The position numbers and the translations under genes were made by a program. A stretch of DNA of 64,000 nt, from positions 16,936-80,935 of the forward strand of contig CAZSHX010000005.1 of assembly GCA_964606895.1 (NCBI GenBank), written 5' to 3'. Below the pieces are notes generated by a model. The model had not been told where the DNA came from and did no database searches. It saw only the letters and a list, made by a program, of their open reading frames with translations. Origin of the DNA: an uncultured Hyphomicrobiales bacterium. GTDB lineage: Bacteria; Bacteroidota; Ignavibacteria; Kapaibacteriales; UBA2268. The number at the start of each line of letters is the position of its first letter. Position 1 is the first letter of the stretch. Shown in pieces: positions 20,654-31,535 of the stretch.

Positions 20654-23557
20654 TTAAGCAAACGTTCGTTTTACTTCAACAATCTTGTAAGCTTCAATTA
20701 TATCACCAATTTCAGTATCGTTATATCCGTTGAGCATGATACCGCATTCGAAGTTAGTATCAACTTCCTTGGCATCATCCTTATTTCGTTTAAGAGAATT
20801 CAAAGTTCCGTTGTAAACCGGAATGCCGTCGCGAAGTAAACGGACCCGGTCATTTCTGTTTATTTTACCGCTTAACACATAGCAACCGGCAATAACACCA
20901 AGTTTACTGATTTTGAATACTTTTCTGACTTCAATAGTTGCAGTAACATTTTCTTGAACGTCAGGCGAAAGCAAACCTTCAAGGGCAAGTTTAATTTCGT
21001 TTATACAGTCATAAATAATGCTGTAAAGTCTTACGTCCACGCCTTCTTTGTCAATCAGTTTACGTGCGTTATTTGTCATTGAAACCTGGAAACCGATAAT
21101 AACGGCTCCGGATGCCATAGCAAGCATAACGTCTGATTCGCTGATTGAACCTACACCCTTATGAAGAATACAAACACGGGCTTCATCGCGGGAAAGTTTC
21201 TGCAGTGAATCGCTTAATGCTTCAACCGAACCCGATACGTCTCCCTTAATAATTAGGTTAAGATCTTTGATTCCACCAAGTGATATTTGCTTGGAAATAT
21301 CGTCAAGAGTCAAATGTCTGACCTGACGGAAATCCTGTTCTCTGCGAAGTTGTTTTCTTTGTGTTGCAATTGCCCTGGCTTCCTGCTCGGAACCTGCTAC
21401 GACAAATATATCACCTGCTTCGGGAAGACCTTCCAAACCAATTAACCTAACGGGAATCGAAGGACCGGCTTCGTTAACTCTGTTTCCTCTTTCGTCAAAC
21501 ATTGCTCTAACTCTACCCGAAACCGAACCCACAACAAGTGAATCGCCATTTCTCAAGGTACCTTTTTGAACAATGATTGTTGAAAGGTTACCCAATCCTT
21601 TGTCCATTTTTGCTTCTATAACTGTTCCGCGTGCTTTCCTGTCCGGATTAGCTTTAAGTTCGAGAACTTCAGCTTCAAGAAGAATTTTTTCGAGCAACAT
21701 GTCAACATTATTACCAAATTTTGCGGAAATCTCTACTGTCTGGTTTTTTCCGCCCCACTCTTCAATAAGTACACCGTGGTCTGCAAGCTGTTGCTTGATT
21801 CTGTCGGGCTTGGAGTCAGGTTTATCAATTTTGTTAATAGCAACGACAATCGGAACATTTGCCGCCTGAGCATGGCTAATCGCCTCGATTGTTTGAGGCA
21901 TGACGCTGTCGTCTGCCGCAACAACTAACACAACGATATCAGTTACTAAAGCACCTCTGGCACGCATAGCAGTAAATGCTTCGTGACCGGGAGTATCCAA
22001 AAATGTGATTGATTTATTGTCATGAAGCAGTACTCTGTAAGCACCGATATGTTGAGTTATACCGCCGGCTTCACCTGCAACAACATTTGCTTTTCTGATA
22101 AAGTCAAGCAATGATGTTTTACCATGGTCAACGTGTCCCATGATTGTAACAATCGGTGAACGTGGTTTCAGATCTGCAGGATCTTCTTCATAATCATCTA
22201 TATATTGTACGGCTTTTTCATCAAGGAATTCGACTTCCATGCCGTAATCATCTGCAATTAAAACGATGGTGTCTTTGTCCAGACGCTGGTTAATACTTAC
22301 CATCAAGCCCAAACTCATGCATTTGAGAATGATTTCATTGGCAGAAGTATTCATCAAACCGGCAAGATCGCTTGTTGTAACGAACTCACTCAATTGAAGA
22401 ATGTTAGCCTCGCGGTCTTTTTCTTCTGTCAGTTTAGTTTCTTTTTCTTCACGCTCAATACGTTTTCTTTGTTTAAGCTTAGATCTTGCGGCGGCACCGG
22501 TATCGCCACCGGAAAGGGTGGCACGAATCGCTCTGTCCACATCCTCATTCGAAATGGAATCACGAACAGATTTTTTCTTGCGTTTTTTCTTATCCAAAGG
22601 TTTTTCTTTTGGAACTTCCTTCGGAATTGGTTTAACAGGCCCTTTTTTCTTGTGTTTTTCGATTCTTGCTTTTTCAGCAATTTCAGCAGGTGTTTCTGCG
22701 GCTTTAATTCTTGCCGCGGCTCTTCTCATTCTTTCTTCTTTTTCAGCGTCAAGATTGATTTTACCGACAATAGTAAGACCTTTGAGTTTCGGTGCCTGAC
22801 CTATCTCATATTCAACTTCTATTATTTTCTTTCTTTTCTTGCGTTTTCTGTTCTTCTTAGCCTGAGCTGATTCTTCTGTGGTTAACGGTGTGCCGTCGGC
22901 AGATTTTTCAATAACGTCATCTGCCTCGTCATCTTCTTCTTCAGTTCCCTCAGGAATGACTGTAACAACTTCATGAACAAGAGATACTGTCCTCTCTTTT
23001 ATAATTTCAGCAAGTTGTTCCGGTTTGATAGCTCCTACAACATCTTCCACGGTTGGAACAGGCTGTTCTACCGAAGGTGGCGGTTCAGGAACAGGGACAG
23101 GTTCGGGAATAGAAATCGGTTCTGCAATTTCTATTGATTCTGCAACAACCGGTTGAGGAGGAGTTTCGATTATCACTTCAGCAATAACCGGAGCCGGCTC
23201 GGCAACAGGTTCTTCATGTTGAATAATAACTTCTGGCTGTACCTCGGGAACAGGTTCCGTAAATGGAAGTTCCTCGTGTTCAGTCGGTTTTACAGATTCT
23301 GCGGAAGTAGGTTTCTTTACATCAGCAGGTTTTCTTGAGGCTTTAAGTTTCTCAACTTTTTCTCTTTGTTTCTCAGCGGCTTTTTTTTCTCTTTTGAACT
23401 TGTCATAAATTGCTTCAACCATATCATAGGACAGCAAAGCAGTGGGCTTATTTTCAATAACAAAGCCTTTCTGCTGGAGAAACTGAACAACAGCATCTCT
23501 ACCAAGGTTAATCTCGGAAGCAATTTTAAAAAGCATTATTTTTTCGTGATCAGACAT
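20654..23557 (-). CDS. infB: Translation initiation factor IF-2
   Basis: 'MGHVDHGKT', '[11 protein letters not shown]', 'DTPGHEAF', 'NKID'; long Pro/Glu-rich N-terminus. Confidence 0.98.
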   Translation of the reverse strand: MSDHEKIMLFKIASEINLGRDAVVQFLQQKGFVIENKPTALLSYDMVEAIYDKFKREKKAAEKQREKVEKLKASRKPADVKKPTSAESVKPTEHEELPFTEPVPEVQPEVIIQHEEPVAEPAPVIAEVIIETPPQPVVAESIEIAEPISIPEPVPVPEPPPSVEQPVPTVEDVVGAIKPEQLAEIIKERTVSLVHEVVTVIPEGTEEEDDEADDVIEKSADGTPLTTEESAQAKKNRKRKKRKKIIEVEYEIGQAPKLKGLTIVGKINLDAEKEERMRRAAARIKAAETPAEIAEKARIEKHKKKGPVKPIPKEVPKEKPLDKKKRKKKSVRDSISNEDVDRAIRATLSGGDTGAAARSKLKQRKRIEREEKETKLTEEKDREANILQLSEFVTTSDLAGLMNTSANEIILKCMSLGLMVSINQRLDKDTIVLIADDYGMEVEFLDEKAVQYIDDYEEDPADLKPRSPIVTIMGHVDHGKTSLLDFIRKANVVAGEAGGITQHIGAYRVLLHDNKSITFLDTPGHEAFTAMRARGALVTDIVVLVVAADDSVMPQTIEAISHAQAANVPIVVAINKIDKPDSKPDRIKQQLADHGVLIEEWGGKNQTVEISAKFGNNVDMLLEKILLEAEVLELKANPDRKARGTVIEAKMDKGLGNLSTIIVQKGTLRNGDSLVVGSVSGRVRAMFDERGNRVNEAGPSIPVRLIGLEGLPEAGDIFVVAGSEQEARAIATQRKQLRREQDFRQVRHLTLDDISKQISLGGIKDLNLIIKGDVSGSVEALSDSLQKLSRDEARVCILHKGVGSISESDVMLAMASGAVIIGFQVSMTNNARKLIDKEGVDVRLYSIIYDCINEIKLALEGLLSPDVQENVTATIEVRKVFKISKLGVIAGCYVLSGKINRNDRVRLLRDGIPVYNGTLNSLKRNKDDAKEVDTNFECGIMLNGYNDTEIGDIIEAYKIVEVKRTFA

Positions 23558-23581
23558 AAAACCTTAAGAAGTTAATAATTA

Positions 23582-24898
23582 TTATTCGTGATTCTGAATT
23601 TTTTCAACAATATCTTCAGATTCCTCTTCTTCAAATTCACTAAGAATTATTGAACGAAGTTCGATTAATGTTTCTTTTGTAATACCGTCAATTGACAGCA
23701 ATATATCAATATCTGCCTCGAGGAATTCTCTTGCAGTTTCAATTTTATTTTCGATAAGTCTGTTGTAAATTGCCAATCCAAGCTCTTCTCTGAATTCAGA
23801 AAGTTCAATGTCCTCGCCGCCCTCTTTAATAAGTGTGATTGAGTAATTTGTGAGTTTGGAAGCAAGACGGACATTCTGACCGTTTTTACCGATTGCAAGT
23901 GAAACCTGCTCGTCGGGAACAATTACGCTTGCGGAACGAATTTCGGGCGAAACAACGATTTCTTTTACTTTTGCAGGAGCTAAAGCCCTTGTAATGAAAG
24001 TCTTTATGTCGTCTGAATACTCGATTAAGTCAATATTTTCATTATTCAATTCGCGTACGATTGAATGGATTCTGATTCCTTTCATACCAACGCAGGCACC
24101 GACTGGGTCAACTCTTTCGTCAAATGAAATTACGGCAACTTTGGATCTTTCTCCGGGGTCGCGTGCAATTGATTTGATTTGAATAATTCCGTCATAAATT
24201 TCAGGAATTTCGATTTCGAAGAGTCTTAGAAGGAAGTCGTCCGATGCCCTGGAAAGAATAACTTCGGGCTGACCTGAAGCTCCTGACCTTTTAACTTCTT
24301 TGACGATAGCTTTCAGGGTCTGATTTTTTCTGAATTTATAAGGCTCGTTAGGAATTTGCTCTTCCCTTGGGAGTTTCATTTCAATTTTATTGTGAAGGAC
24401 AAGAATTTCATTTCTGCGAATCTGATAAATCTCACCGACGATGATTTCGCCTAATTTCTGGATGTATTCATTGTAGATATTATCTTTTTCAACTTCGCGA
24501 ATTCTTTGATTAAGGCTCTGAGCGGCAAGAGTGATTAATCTTCTGCCGAAGTTATCAGATATATTGTCGAGAGTGATTTCCTCGATAAAATCGTCCCCAA
24601 CGTCATATTTTTCAGTACCATAAAGGAGTGCATCCCTGAGCGAGATTTCAAGTGTCGGGTCTTCTACGTCTTCGACCACTGTTCTCATCAGGTAAATTTC
24701 AACATCTCCTTTTTCCATATTGACGATAATTTCAAAGTTCGCCTCCATTCCGTACTTTTTACGGACTAAAAGTGAAAGAGTTTCTTCAACAATTCCCTGA
24801 AGCAAATCTCTGTCAATATTTTTTTCTTTTGCCATTTCAGCAAAAGCCTCGATAATCATTTTTTTATCGATTTGATGTTTGGGTTTCCGTCTTGCCAT
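23582..24898 (-). CDS. nusA: Transcription termination factor NusA
   Basis: 'ARDPGERSKVAV', 'DPVGACVGMKG.RI', 'SLAIGKNGQNVRLA'. Confidence 0.97.
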   Translation of the reverse strand: MARRKPKHQIDKKMIIEAFAEMAKEKNIDRDLLQGIVEETLSLLVRKKYGMEANFEIIVNMEKGDVEIYLMRTVVEDVEDPTLEISLRDALLYGTEKYDVGDDFIEEITLDNISDNFGRRLITLAAQSLNQRIREVEKDNIYNEYIQKLGEIIVGEIYQIRRNEILVLHNKIEMKLPREEQIPNEPYKFRKNQTLKAIVKEVKRSGASGQPEVILSRASDDFLLRLFEIEIPEIYDGIIQIKSIARDPGERSKVAVISFDERVDPVGACVGMKGIRIHSIVRELNNENIDLIEYSDDIKTFITRALAPAKVKEIVVSPEIRSASVIVPDEQVSLAIGKNGQNVRLASKLTNYSITLIKEGGEDIELSEFREELGLAIYNRLIENKIETAREFLEADIDILLSIDGITKETLIELRSIILSEFEEEESEDIVEKIQNHE

Positions 24899-24970
24899 TA
24901 GTTCAAAACAAAAGTGAATAAATAATAAATTTTTATCTAAAGTTACGACTTAGAAAAGGGAATAATAATA

Positions 24971-25040
24971 AAAAAAGGGCATCAACGCCCCCTCCTCTGT
25001 CTTCCTTCACTTTTCCAAGTACAAATATACGAAAAATTTC
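24971..25040 (-). promoter_or_regulatory. Promoter (cgTATATTTG) plus GGGC...GCCC-U leader hairpin (rimP-leader-like) of the nusA operon
   Basis: Minus strand reads TTTTTCGTATATTTGT, then GGGCGTTGATGCCCTTTTTT. Confidence 0.55.
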
Positions 25041-25148
25041 TTTATATACAAAGGATTTCGACAGTTTTTCGTTTTTTTTCCGTACTTTTAAAATATTGAA
25101 CAAGATAATTTCGACTTATTTATAAACTTTACAAATTTAGAGGTAAAA

Positions 25149-26312
25149 ATGGCATCAAATTCAGTAGATTATTTCAACATAGACGAGCTCTTCACAGAAG
25201 AAGAAAGACTTATCCGAGATTCTGTCCGCACCTATGTGGATGAGAAAATCAACCCTATTATCAGCAGTCACTTCATGGACGGTACTTTCCCGTTCGAAAT
25301 TATTAAGGGAATGGCTGAACTTGGTCTTTTCGGCATAACTCTCCCCGAACAATACGGCGGAGCAAATGCGAACTATACGAGCTATGGGCTTGCAATGGCT
25401 GAACTCGAAAGATGCGATTCCGGTGTCCGCTCTTTTGCTTCTGTTCAGAATTCGCTTGTAATTTATCCGATTTACAAATATGCTGGCGAAAAATTGAAAG
25501 ATTATTGGTTGCCACGGCTCGTGAGTGCCGAAGCAATAGGCTGTTTCGGACTTACAGAACCCGACTTCGGCTCCAATCCCGGCGGGATGATAACAACTGC
25601 CGTCAAAACCGATAACGGATATTTGCTTAACGGAGCAAAAATGTGGATAACGAACGGTACTATTGCCGATATCGCTGTTGTCTGGGCAAAACTTGACGGA
25701 GAAGTTCACGGATTTTTAGTCGAAAAAGGAACAAAAGGATTTACTGCTCCCGAAATGAAAGGCAAACATTCACTAAGAGCTTCGATTACAAGCGAACTTG
25801 TTTTTGAGGACTGCGAAATTCCTGCAGATAATATATTGAATATTAAAGGATTGAAAGGTCCGTTGAGTTGCTTAACTCAAGCTCGGTACGGAATTGCATG
25901 GGGTGTTATCGGTGCCGCCATATCTGTTTATGAAACAGCTTTGGAGTATGCAAAATCAAGAATTCAGTTTGGCAAACCCATTGCCGCTTTCCAGATTACA
26001 CAGGAAAAACTTGTCTGGATGCTGAATGAAATTACCAAAGCACAGCTTGTGGCTTACCGTTTGGGCAGACTGAAAGACGAAGGAAGAGATACATTCCATC
26101 AGGTTTCATTTGCCAAAAGAAACAACGTTGACATGGCTTTGCAGTGTGCACGAATTGCACGTCAAATCCTCGGAGCTAACGGTATTTTAAGCGAGTACCC
26201 AGTTATGCGTCATGCGGCAAATCTTGAGTCTGTTATTACTTACGAAGGAACCCATGATGTTCATACATTAATTCTTGGCGAAGACATTACAGGTTTTTCT
26301 GCATTTTTGTAA
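25149..26312 (+). CDS. Acyl-CoA dehydrogenase (glutaryl-CoA dehydrogenase-like)
   Basis: 'ELERCDSGVRS', 'GCFGLTEPDFGSNP', 'NGAKMWITN', 'TYEGTHDVH'. Confidence 0.9.
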   Translation: MASNSVDYFNIDELFTEEERLIRDSVRTYVDEKINPIISSHFMDGTFPFEIIKGMAELGLFGITLPEQYGGANANYTSYGLAMAELERCDSGVRSFASVQNSLVIYPIYKYAGEKLKDYWLPRLVSAEAIGCFGLTEPDFGSNPGGMITTAVKTDNGYLLNGAKMWITNGTIADIAVVWAKLDGEVHGFLVEKGTKGFTAPEMKGKHSLRASITSELVFEDCEIPADNILNIKGLKGPLSCLTQARYGIAWGVIGAAISVYETALEYAKSRIQFGKPIAAFQITQEKLVWMLNEITKAQLVAYRLGRLKDEGRDTFHQVSFAKRNNVDMALQCARIARQILGANGILSEYPVMRHAANLESVITYEGTHDVHTLILGEDITGFSAFL

Positions 26313-26344
26313 AAAAGTTCATTTTTAATTTAAAAAATATACCC

Positions 26345-26422
26345 AAAAAGCTATCTTCCAAAAAGGACAGCTTTTTTTTGAGATGTTAGTTAATTTTCGT
26401 AAGTTGTAATTTGAAAATGTTT
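26345..26422 (+). repeat. Terminator+promoter module, copy A
   Basis: AAAGCTRTC..AAAAAGGAYAGC-T8-9-GAGATGTTAGTT..TTTTCGTAAGTTGTAATTTGAAAA; also at 28937, 31290 and 47519(-). Confidence 0.9.
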
Positions 26423-26443
26423 TTTATTGTCAATAAGGTTAGA

Positions 26444-27487
26444 ATGAGTATCAGAAATTTAATTTTAACAAGTCTTATAGCATTTTTGTTGTTGATTTCT
26501 TGCTCGTATGCTCAAGATACTATAAAAAGAAGTTATAAGAGTTGCACAACATATGAATATAAGTATAAATCAGGCAAATTGAAAATCAAATCAAAACACA
26601 AGGTATTAACTCGGAATTATAATGATAAAGGAAATAATATTGAGGAAATTTTCTATAAACCCAATGATTCTGTTGAAAAAAGAGGTTTATTCAAGTATAA
26701 TGAACAAGGAAAGATAATTGAGATTATTGGATATAACCAAGATGACTCAGTATTTGCACATCTTAAAACCACTTACGATGAAAATGGAAGAATAAAAGAA
26801 GAAGTATCGCGGCATCCTGATGGTTCAATTAGTTCAAAAAAAACAAAAATGTACGATGATAAAGGGAATATAATTAAAGAGGTTTATGAAACTGATGATA
26901 CCGTGAGGGTTTGGGCATCATTCAATTATAATGAACAAGGAAAGATGATTGAGAGTTTTGCATTTTTTATTAAAGATACTGCTGGTTATAAATCAACTTA
27001 CAAATATGATGTAAAGGGGAATCAGATAGAAGAGGTTCATTATTTACCTAACATTACTGTTAGTTCAAAGAATACATACAAATATGATGAAAAAGGAAAC
27101 GAAATAGAGCAAGTAAACTATGACACAGATAGCACGATTAGCTGGAAGTCAATTCAAAAATTGGGCAAAAATGGACGGATAATTGAAAAAATAATTGATG
27201 ATTTTGAACGATCTAATGATGATTTTCATATATATTACACTTATGATGAGAGTGGCAACCTAATAGAGAAAGTGACTTATTATTCAAAAAAATCTGTCCC
27301 TAATAAAGAATTGTACAAATATGATGTAAAGGGGAATCAGATAGAAGAGGTTCATTATTACTCAGACCCCAAAGATAATCATAGTTTCACCTATAAATAT
27401 GATAATCAAGGGAATGTTATTGAGTATGTAACTTATAACAGATTTAGAAAACCTGAAACCAAAACTGAATATATCTACACGAAATAA
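26444..27487 (+). CDS. Secreted YD-repeat-like protein
   Basis: Signal peptide; ~24-aa repeats 'YKYD.KGN.IEE..Y'; identical 46-bp DNA repeat at 26999..27044 and 27314..27359. Confidence 0.75.
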   Translation: MSIRNLILTSLIAFLLLISCSYAQDTIKRSYKSCTTYEYKYKSGKLKIKSKHKVLTRNYNDKGNNIEEIFYKPNDSVEKRGLFKYNEQGKIIEIIGYNQDDSVFAHLKTTYDENGRIKEEVSRHPDGSISSKKTKMYDDKGNIIKEVYETDDTVRVWASFNYNEQGKMIESFAFFIKDTAGYKSTYKYDVKGNQIEEVHYLPNITVSSKNTYKYDEKGNEIEQVNYDTDSTISWKSIQKLGKNGRIIEKIIDDFERSNDDFHIYYTYDESGNLIEKVTYYSKKSVPNKELYKYDVKGNQIEEVHYYSDPKDNHSFTYKYDNQGNVIEYVTYNRFRKPETKTEYIYTK

Positions 27488-27629
27488 TTATTATTTTTTT
27501 ATGACTTTTCATACTTATAAGAGGTACCTGGTTTATAACCCACAAATAATAATTCATATTAAAATATCTTTGAAATGATTTCGTATTGATGTATATTTGT
27601 ATGTATGTAGCAACAATGTAAGAAGAATA

Positions 27630-27914
27630 ATGCAAACAGCACAATCATCAATGATAGCAATCAGGGTTTCATATCTTGAAAAGGAAAAGTTCAAAATACT
27701 ATCCGAACTGGACAATAAGTCTGTATCCCAAATGGTCAAAGACCTTGTTGATAACGAATTAAAATCAAGAAAGTTAACTGCATCTGAAATCAGAAAATTG
27801 CCTAAAGATTCAAGAACCGCAATTCTTATGCGAATGACTGAGGAAGCATTACCCGTTTATAATAAATTCAAGGATGAATTATTTGTTGACGAAATCGGAG
27901 ACGGAATCGAATGA
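27630..27914 (+). CDS. Putative antitoxin (RHH-like N-terminus)
   Basis: Small ORF with 4-bp overlap to the PemK toxin; 'IAIRVS..EKEKFK.L...NKSVSQMVK'. Confidence 0.7.
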   Translation: MQTAQSSMIAIRVSYLEKEKFKILSELDNKSVSQMVKDLVDNELKSRKLTASEIRKLPKDSRTAILMRMTEEALPVYNKFKDELFVDEIGDGIE

Positions 27915-28270
27915 AAATTCAAACTCAAGAGTATTTTCAGGGAGATATATGTCTCATTGACTTCAATCCGACAAAAGGTGATGAAATCAGGAAAATTCGC
28001 CCTGCTATTATTATTAACGGTAATTTTGCAGTTGGTTTGGGTTTAAAAATTGTTGCTCCAATTACGAGTTGGAAACCCGAATTTGAAAAAGTCTGGTGGT
28101 TGGTTAAATTGTCTCCTTCAGTAGAAAGCGGACTTGAAGCAGAAAGTGCAGTAAATTGCTATCAAATCAGATGTGTTTCAACTGAAAGAATAATTAAAAG
28201 AATCGGAAGTGAAACAGAAGAATTGGAAAACATAATTTCAACATCTCAAAACTGTATCGAGGTAATGTAA
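27911..28270 (+). CDS. PemK/MazF-family toxin
   Basis: 'GDI.LIDFNPT.GDEI.K.RPAII', 'VAPITS', 'QIR.VS.ERI'. Confidence 0.9.
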   Translation: MKIQTQEYFQGDICLIDFNPTKGDEIRKIRPAIIINGNFAVGLGLKIVAPITSWKPEFEKVWWLVKLSPSVESGLEAESAVNCYQIRCVSTERIIKRIGSETEELENIISTSQNCIEVM

Positions 28271-28344
28271 CTTTTATAAATAATCATAATCTTTGGTTAC
28301 ACTAATATTTTTTCAAATAAATTAATAATATAAAATAGGATTAT

Positions 28345-28836
28345 ATGTCAAAAAAATCAAATTTGAAAAGAAAGAAGAATAAAGCACAATTCAACAATGA
28401 AAAATCCAAATTTCCCAAAAAAGCTAAATTTGGACAGTTGAATAAAAGCAAGTATTTTTTAGATTTGGATGACCCAAATTTAATCCTGTCTGATGTGAAA
28501 CCTACCCACTTGATTCTTAACTACGCTGAACCTTTACTTACTGAAGATGATGGCCAAGACGACACTATTTTAGCACTGACTTTTGCAATATTAGCATGGA
28601 ATCTGGCATTGCTACCATTGGATGATAGGAAAGAAGCAATTAATTCATTGGTAAATGACCTTGAATTAGATATTTTGGGGAAAAATGAACTGCTTTCACT
28701 CATTAAAAGAAAAGATGAATATTTTGGTGAGTTTGATTTTTTAATTGAGGATTTCAAGATTAATTTTGACGAAATCGGCACTTTGAATTTTTCGGTTGTA
28801 TTAGGTGTTTTTGATGATGATGAGGATAGCGAATAA
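28345..28836 (+). CDS. Hypothetical protein (basic N-terminus, acidic C-terminus)
   Basis: 163-aa ORF with AGGA RBS; no family recognised. Confidence 0.65.
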   Translation: MSKKSNLKRKKNKAQFNNEKSKFPKKAKFGQLNKSKYFLDLDDPNLILSDVKPTHLILNYAEPLLTEDDGQDDTILALTFAILAWNLALLPLDDRKEAINSLVNDLELDILGKNELLSLIKRKDEYFGEFDFLIEDFKINFDEIGTLNFSVVLGVFDDDEDSE

Positions 28837-28936
28837 AGAAATACAATATGACAGCGGGTCGTATCTAAAATTCAAACTGTTAGTATCTGAACTTTGATTT
28901 ACATGATTATTTAAATCTACAAAAATATTTAACCAT

Positions 28937-29035
28937 AAAGCTATCCCCCAAAAAAGGACAGCTTTTTTTTTGTGATGTTAGTTTATTTTCGTAAGTTGTA
29001 GTTTGAAAAAGTATATTTAATCTTTTTGGGTTAAC
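28937..29035 (+). repeat. Terminator+promoter module, copy B (similarity to copy D continues into the gene)
   Basis: Near-identical to the reverse complement of 47519..47620. Confidence 0.9.
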
Positions 29036-29914
29036 ATGAAAAACTCATTTCTTTACATCGCAATTTTCCTCTTTTCTGCCTCGCTATATTCGGCAGAGCC
29101 GCTGGTTAAATTCTATCTGAATGATGGAAGTACAAAGCAGTATAATCTCAGCGAGATTGACAGCTTGTTAGTTATTGACAAAAAGAATAATTATGTGTTG
29201 AGAATTCATTACGATGATTCGCTTATCGCATATTACCCGACTGAAATCATCGGTAGCATCAAATTTGAAAATGATTCTTTAAATGTTTACATCTTTTCGT
29301 ATCCCAAACCTTACAAAATAAGCTGTATTGACAGCCTCATCTTTTACATAGACCTATGGCAACCCCTCACAATAGGCTCGCAGGTCTGGATGCTTAAAAA
29401 TCTTAATGTTGACCATTACAGGAATGGAGAATCTATTCCGGAAGTGCAAGATACCACATCATGGTCTAATCTAACAACAGGTGCATGGTGCTTTTACAAT
29501 AATGACTCAGCAATGGAAGATATATATGGCAAATTATACAATTGGGGTGCCGTGAAAGACCCGCGAGGATTGGCACCATCTGGCTGGCAGGTACCGTCCG
29601 ATGCAGAATGGGCAACTCTAACAACATATCTCGGTGGTGAAAGTATTGCTGGAGAAAAGTTGAAAGAGACAGGAACGAGCCACTGGATTCGTGACAACAC
29701 AGGAGCGACTAACTCAAGCGGCTTTTCCGCCCTACCCGGGGCCTTACGCAACTACATTGGAGCATACAACTATATAGAATTCAATGGCTATTGGTGGTCT
29801 TCTACGGAGTACAATACTTCAAAGGCTTGGTACAGGTCATTGAGCTGGTATGACGCATTCATCTACAGATCCTACTTCAATAAGGTTTACGGTTTTTCCG
29901 TTCGTTGTGTTTAA
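29036..29914 (+). CDS. Secreted Fib_succ_major (FISUMP) domain protein, paralog 1; candidate DGR target
   Basis: 'IGSQVWMLKNL.VDHYRNG', 'YGKLYNW.AV', 'LAPSGW.VPSD.EW', 'GFSALPG', 'WWSST', 'GFSVRC'. Confidence 0.9.
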   Translation: MKNSFLYIAIFLFSASLYSAEPLVKFYLNDGSTKQYNLSEIDSLLVIDKKNNYVLRIHYDDSLIAYYPTEIIGSIKFENDSLNVYIFSYPKPYKISCIDSLIFYIDLWQPLTIGSQVWMLKNLNVDHYRNGESIPEVQDTTSWSNLTTGAWCFYNNDSAMEDIYGKLYNWGAVKDPRGLAPSGWQVPSDAEWATLTTYLGGESIAGEKLKETGTSHWIRDNTGATNSSGFSALPGALRNYIGAYNYIEFNGYWWSSTEYNTSKAWYRSLSWYDAFIYRSYFNKVYGFSVRCV

Positions 29915-30052
29915 GATGGGAAGTAATTAGTTATTAATGAAGAATAAATATTTTTTTAGTTAAAGCTAAATTCATGCAAAATATTGCTTGTTTTATTGTA
30001 ATTAATTCCATATTTTAGTCTATATTTTATAATTATATAAAGGAAATTTCCT

Positions 30053-31270
30053 ATGATTAGATATGCAGTTTCTTTTCTGTCCTTTGTGATGATATTTTCC
30101 ATACTTGTTATTGGAGGATGTACAATGCAGGATACTACCCAATCACCCGTCGCCCCAAACGTGCAGGAACAAATTAGATTCGTTGACAATCAGTACGTTG
30201 TTACTTTGTCGGATGCTTCGGTCTCGGGCATACAGTCAGCCTCAGGCGTAAGGTCTGTTATTTCAAAACTATTTCAGAGCTATGGCATCAGTGAGAATAA
30301 TCTTGTGTTTGTTTACGAAGCCGCGATAAAAGGCTTTTGTGCAAAGCTAACACCAACTGAAGTAGGAATGATTTCCAAAGACTCCCGCGTTTCTTTAGTT
30401 GAGCAGGATCAGTATATTCAATTGGAAAAACCGATTTTATCTTACTACAACTCTAAGGAAAGCCAAATTCAGACTCAAGGTCAGAATTGGGGTGTGAATT
30501 ATGTCGGGGCAAATATTTCTACCGATTATTCAAATTCATCACGTGTTGCATGGATAATTGATACGGGAATTGACCAAGACTGGGGAACAGCCGGCGAGCT
30601 CAACATTCAAACTGCCCAATGTACTACTTTTGTCAGCGGTGAAACCTGGTCCGACCAAAATGGACACGGAACGCACGTTTCGGGTATTATCGGTGCCAAA
30701 AACAATAGTATTGGTTCTGTTGGAGTTGCACCCGGAGCTAAAGTTGCCGCTGTAAAAGTTTTGGACTATTCAGGTTCCGGAACTTACTCTCAGGTTATTG
30801 CCGGAGTTAATTATGTTGCCACTGCCGCGGCAGACGGCGATGTTGCAAATATGAGTTTAGGCGGTCCTTCGTATTCCACTTTGGATAATGCAGTAATTAA
30901 TGCTTCAACTTACGGCGGAAAACATATCAGGTTCTGCTTAGCGGCAGGGAATGATGGAAGAGATGCAAGCAGGTTTTCTCCTGCAAGAGCAAACGGCACG
31001 TATTTATTTACTATATCAGCATTTGACAATACCGGACGATTTGCTTCTTTTTCGAATTACGGAAATCCACCGGTTGATTTTTCAGCACCCGGAGTCAATA
31101 TTTTGTCAACTGTTTTATATGACAGCAACCCCAATACTGATTCATGGAGCGGCACTTCAATGGCAACACCGTTCGCTGTCGGCATTTATTATGCAACCGG
31201 AACAATTAACTGGAGCGGGAATGTAACCCGCGACAGGGACAGAACACCGGACAAAAAAGTTCATTTTTAA
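30053..31270 (+). CDS. Subtilisin-like S8 serine protease with I9 propeptide, probable lipoprotein
   Basis: Catalytic triad 'IDTGID', 'HGTHVSG', 'SGTSMATP'; possible lipobox IGGC. Confidence 0.92.
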   Translation: MIRYAVSFLSFVMIFSILVIGGCTMQDTTQSPVAPNVQEQIRFVDNQYVVTLSDASVSGIQSASGVRSVISKLFQSYGISENNLVFVYEAAIKGFCAKLTPTEVGMISKDSRVSLVEQDQYIQLEKPILSYYNSKESQIQTQGQNWGVNYVGANISTDYSNSSRVAWIIDTGIDQDWGTAGELNIQTAQCTTFVSGETWSDQNGHGTHVSGIIGAKNNSIGSVGVAPGAKVAAVKVLDYSGSGTYSQVIAGVNYVATAAADGDVANMSLGGPSYSTLDNAVINASTYGGKHIRFCLAAGNDGRDASRFSPARANGTYLFTISAFDNTGRFASFSNYGNPPVDFSAPGVNILSTVLYDSNPNTDSWSGTSMATPFAVGIYYATGTINWSGNVTRDRDRTPDKKVHF

Positions 31271-31289
31271 GATAAAAATCAATATTCAT

Positions 31290-31360
31290 AAAAGCTGTCC
31301 CCAAAAAGGATAGCTTTTTTTTTGAGATGTTAGTTCTTTTTCGTAAATTGTATTTTGCAA
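31290..31360 (+). repeat. Terminator+promoter module, copy C
   Basis: AAAGCTGTCCCCAAAAAGGATAGC-T9-GAGATGTTAGTTCTTTTTCGTAAATTG. Confidence 0.88.
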
Positions 31361-31535
31361 GATTTGTTGTCTGAACGTTGATATTTATGGTCAGAACAAT
31401 TTTTCTATGCCCTTAAATGTTGAATTCTTAATGTGTGGTATCAGGAGTTCTTGTAGCCTCACTAAATGCTTTTTTTGGATTAATTTAGAAAAATCATGTT
31501 TAATTTACTAATTATTAATAAATTCGGTTTATGAA

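Noticed and set aside
22900-23300. Pro/Glu-rich low-complexity stretch in infB
   Set aside because: Variable low-complexity N-termini are normal for IF-2.
26345-31360. Repeated module as integron attC sites
   Set aside because: No RYYYAAC/GTTRRRY-bounded long imperfect palindrome. The structure is a terminator followed by a promoter-like motif.
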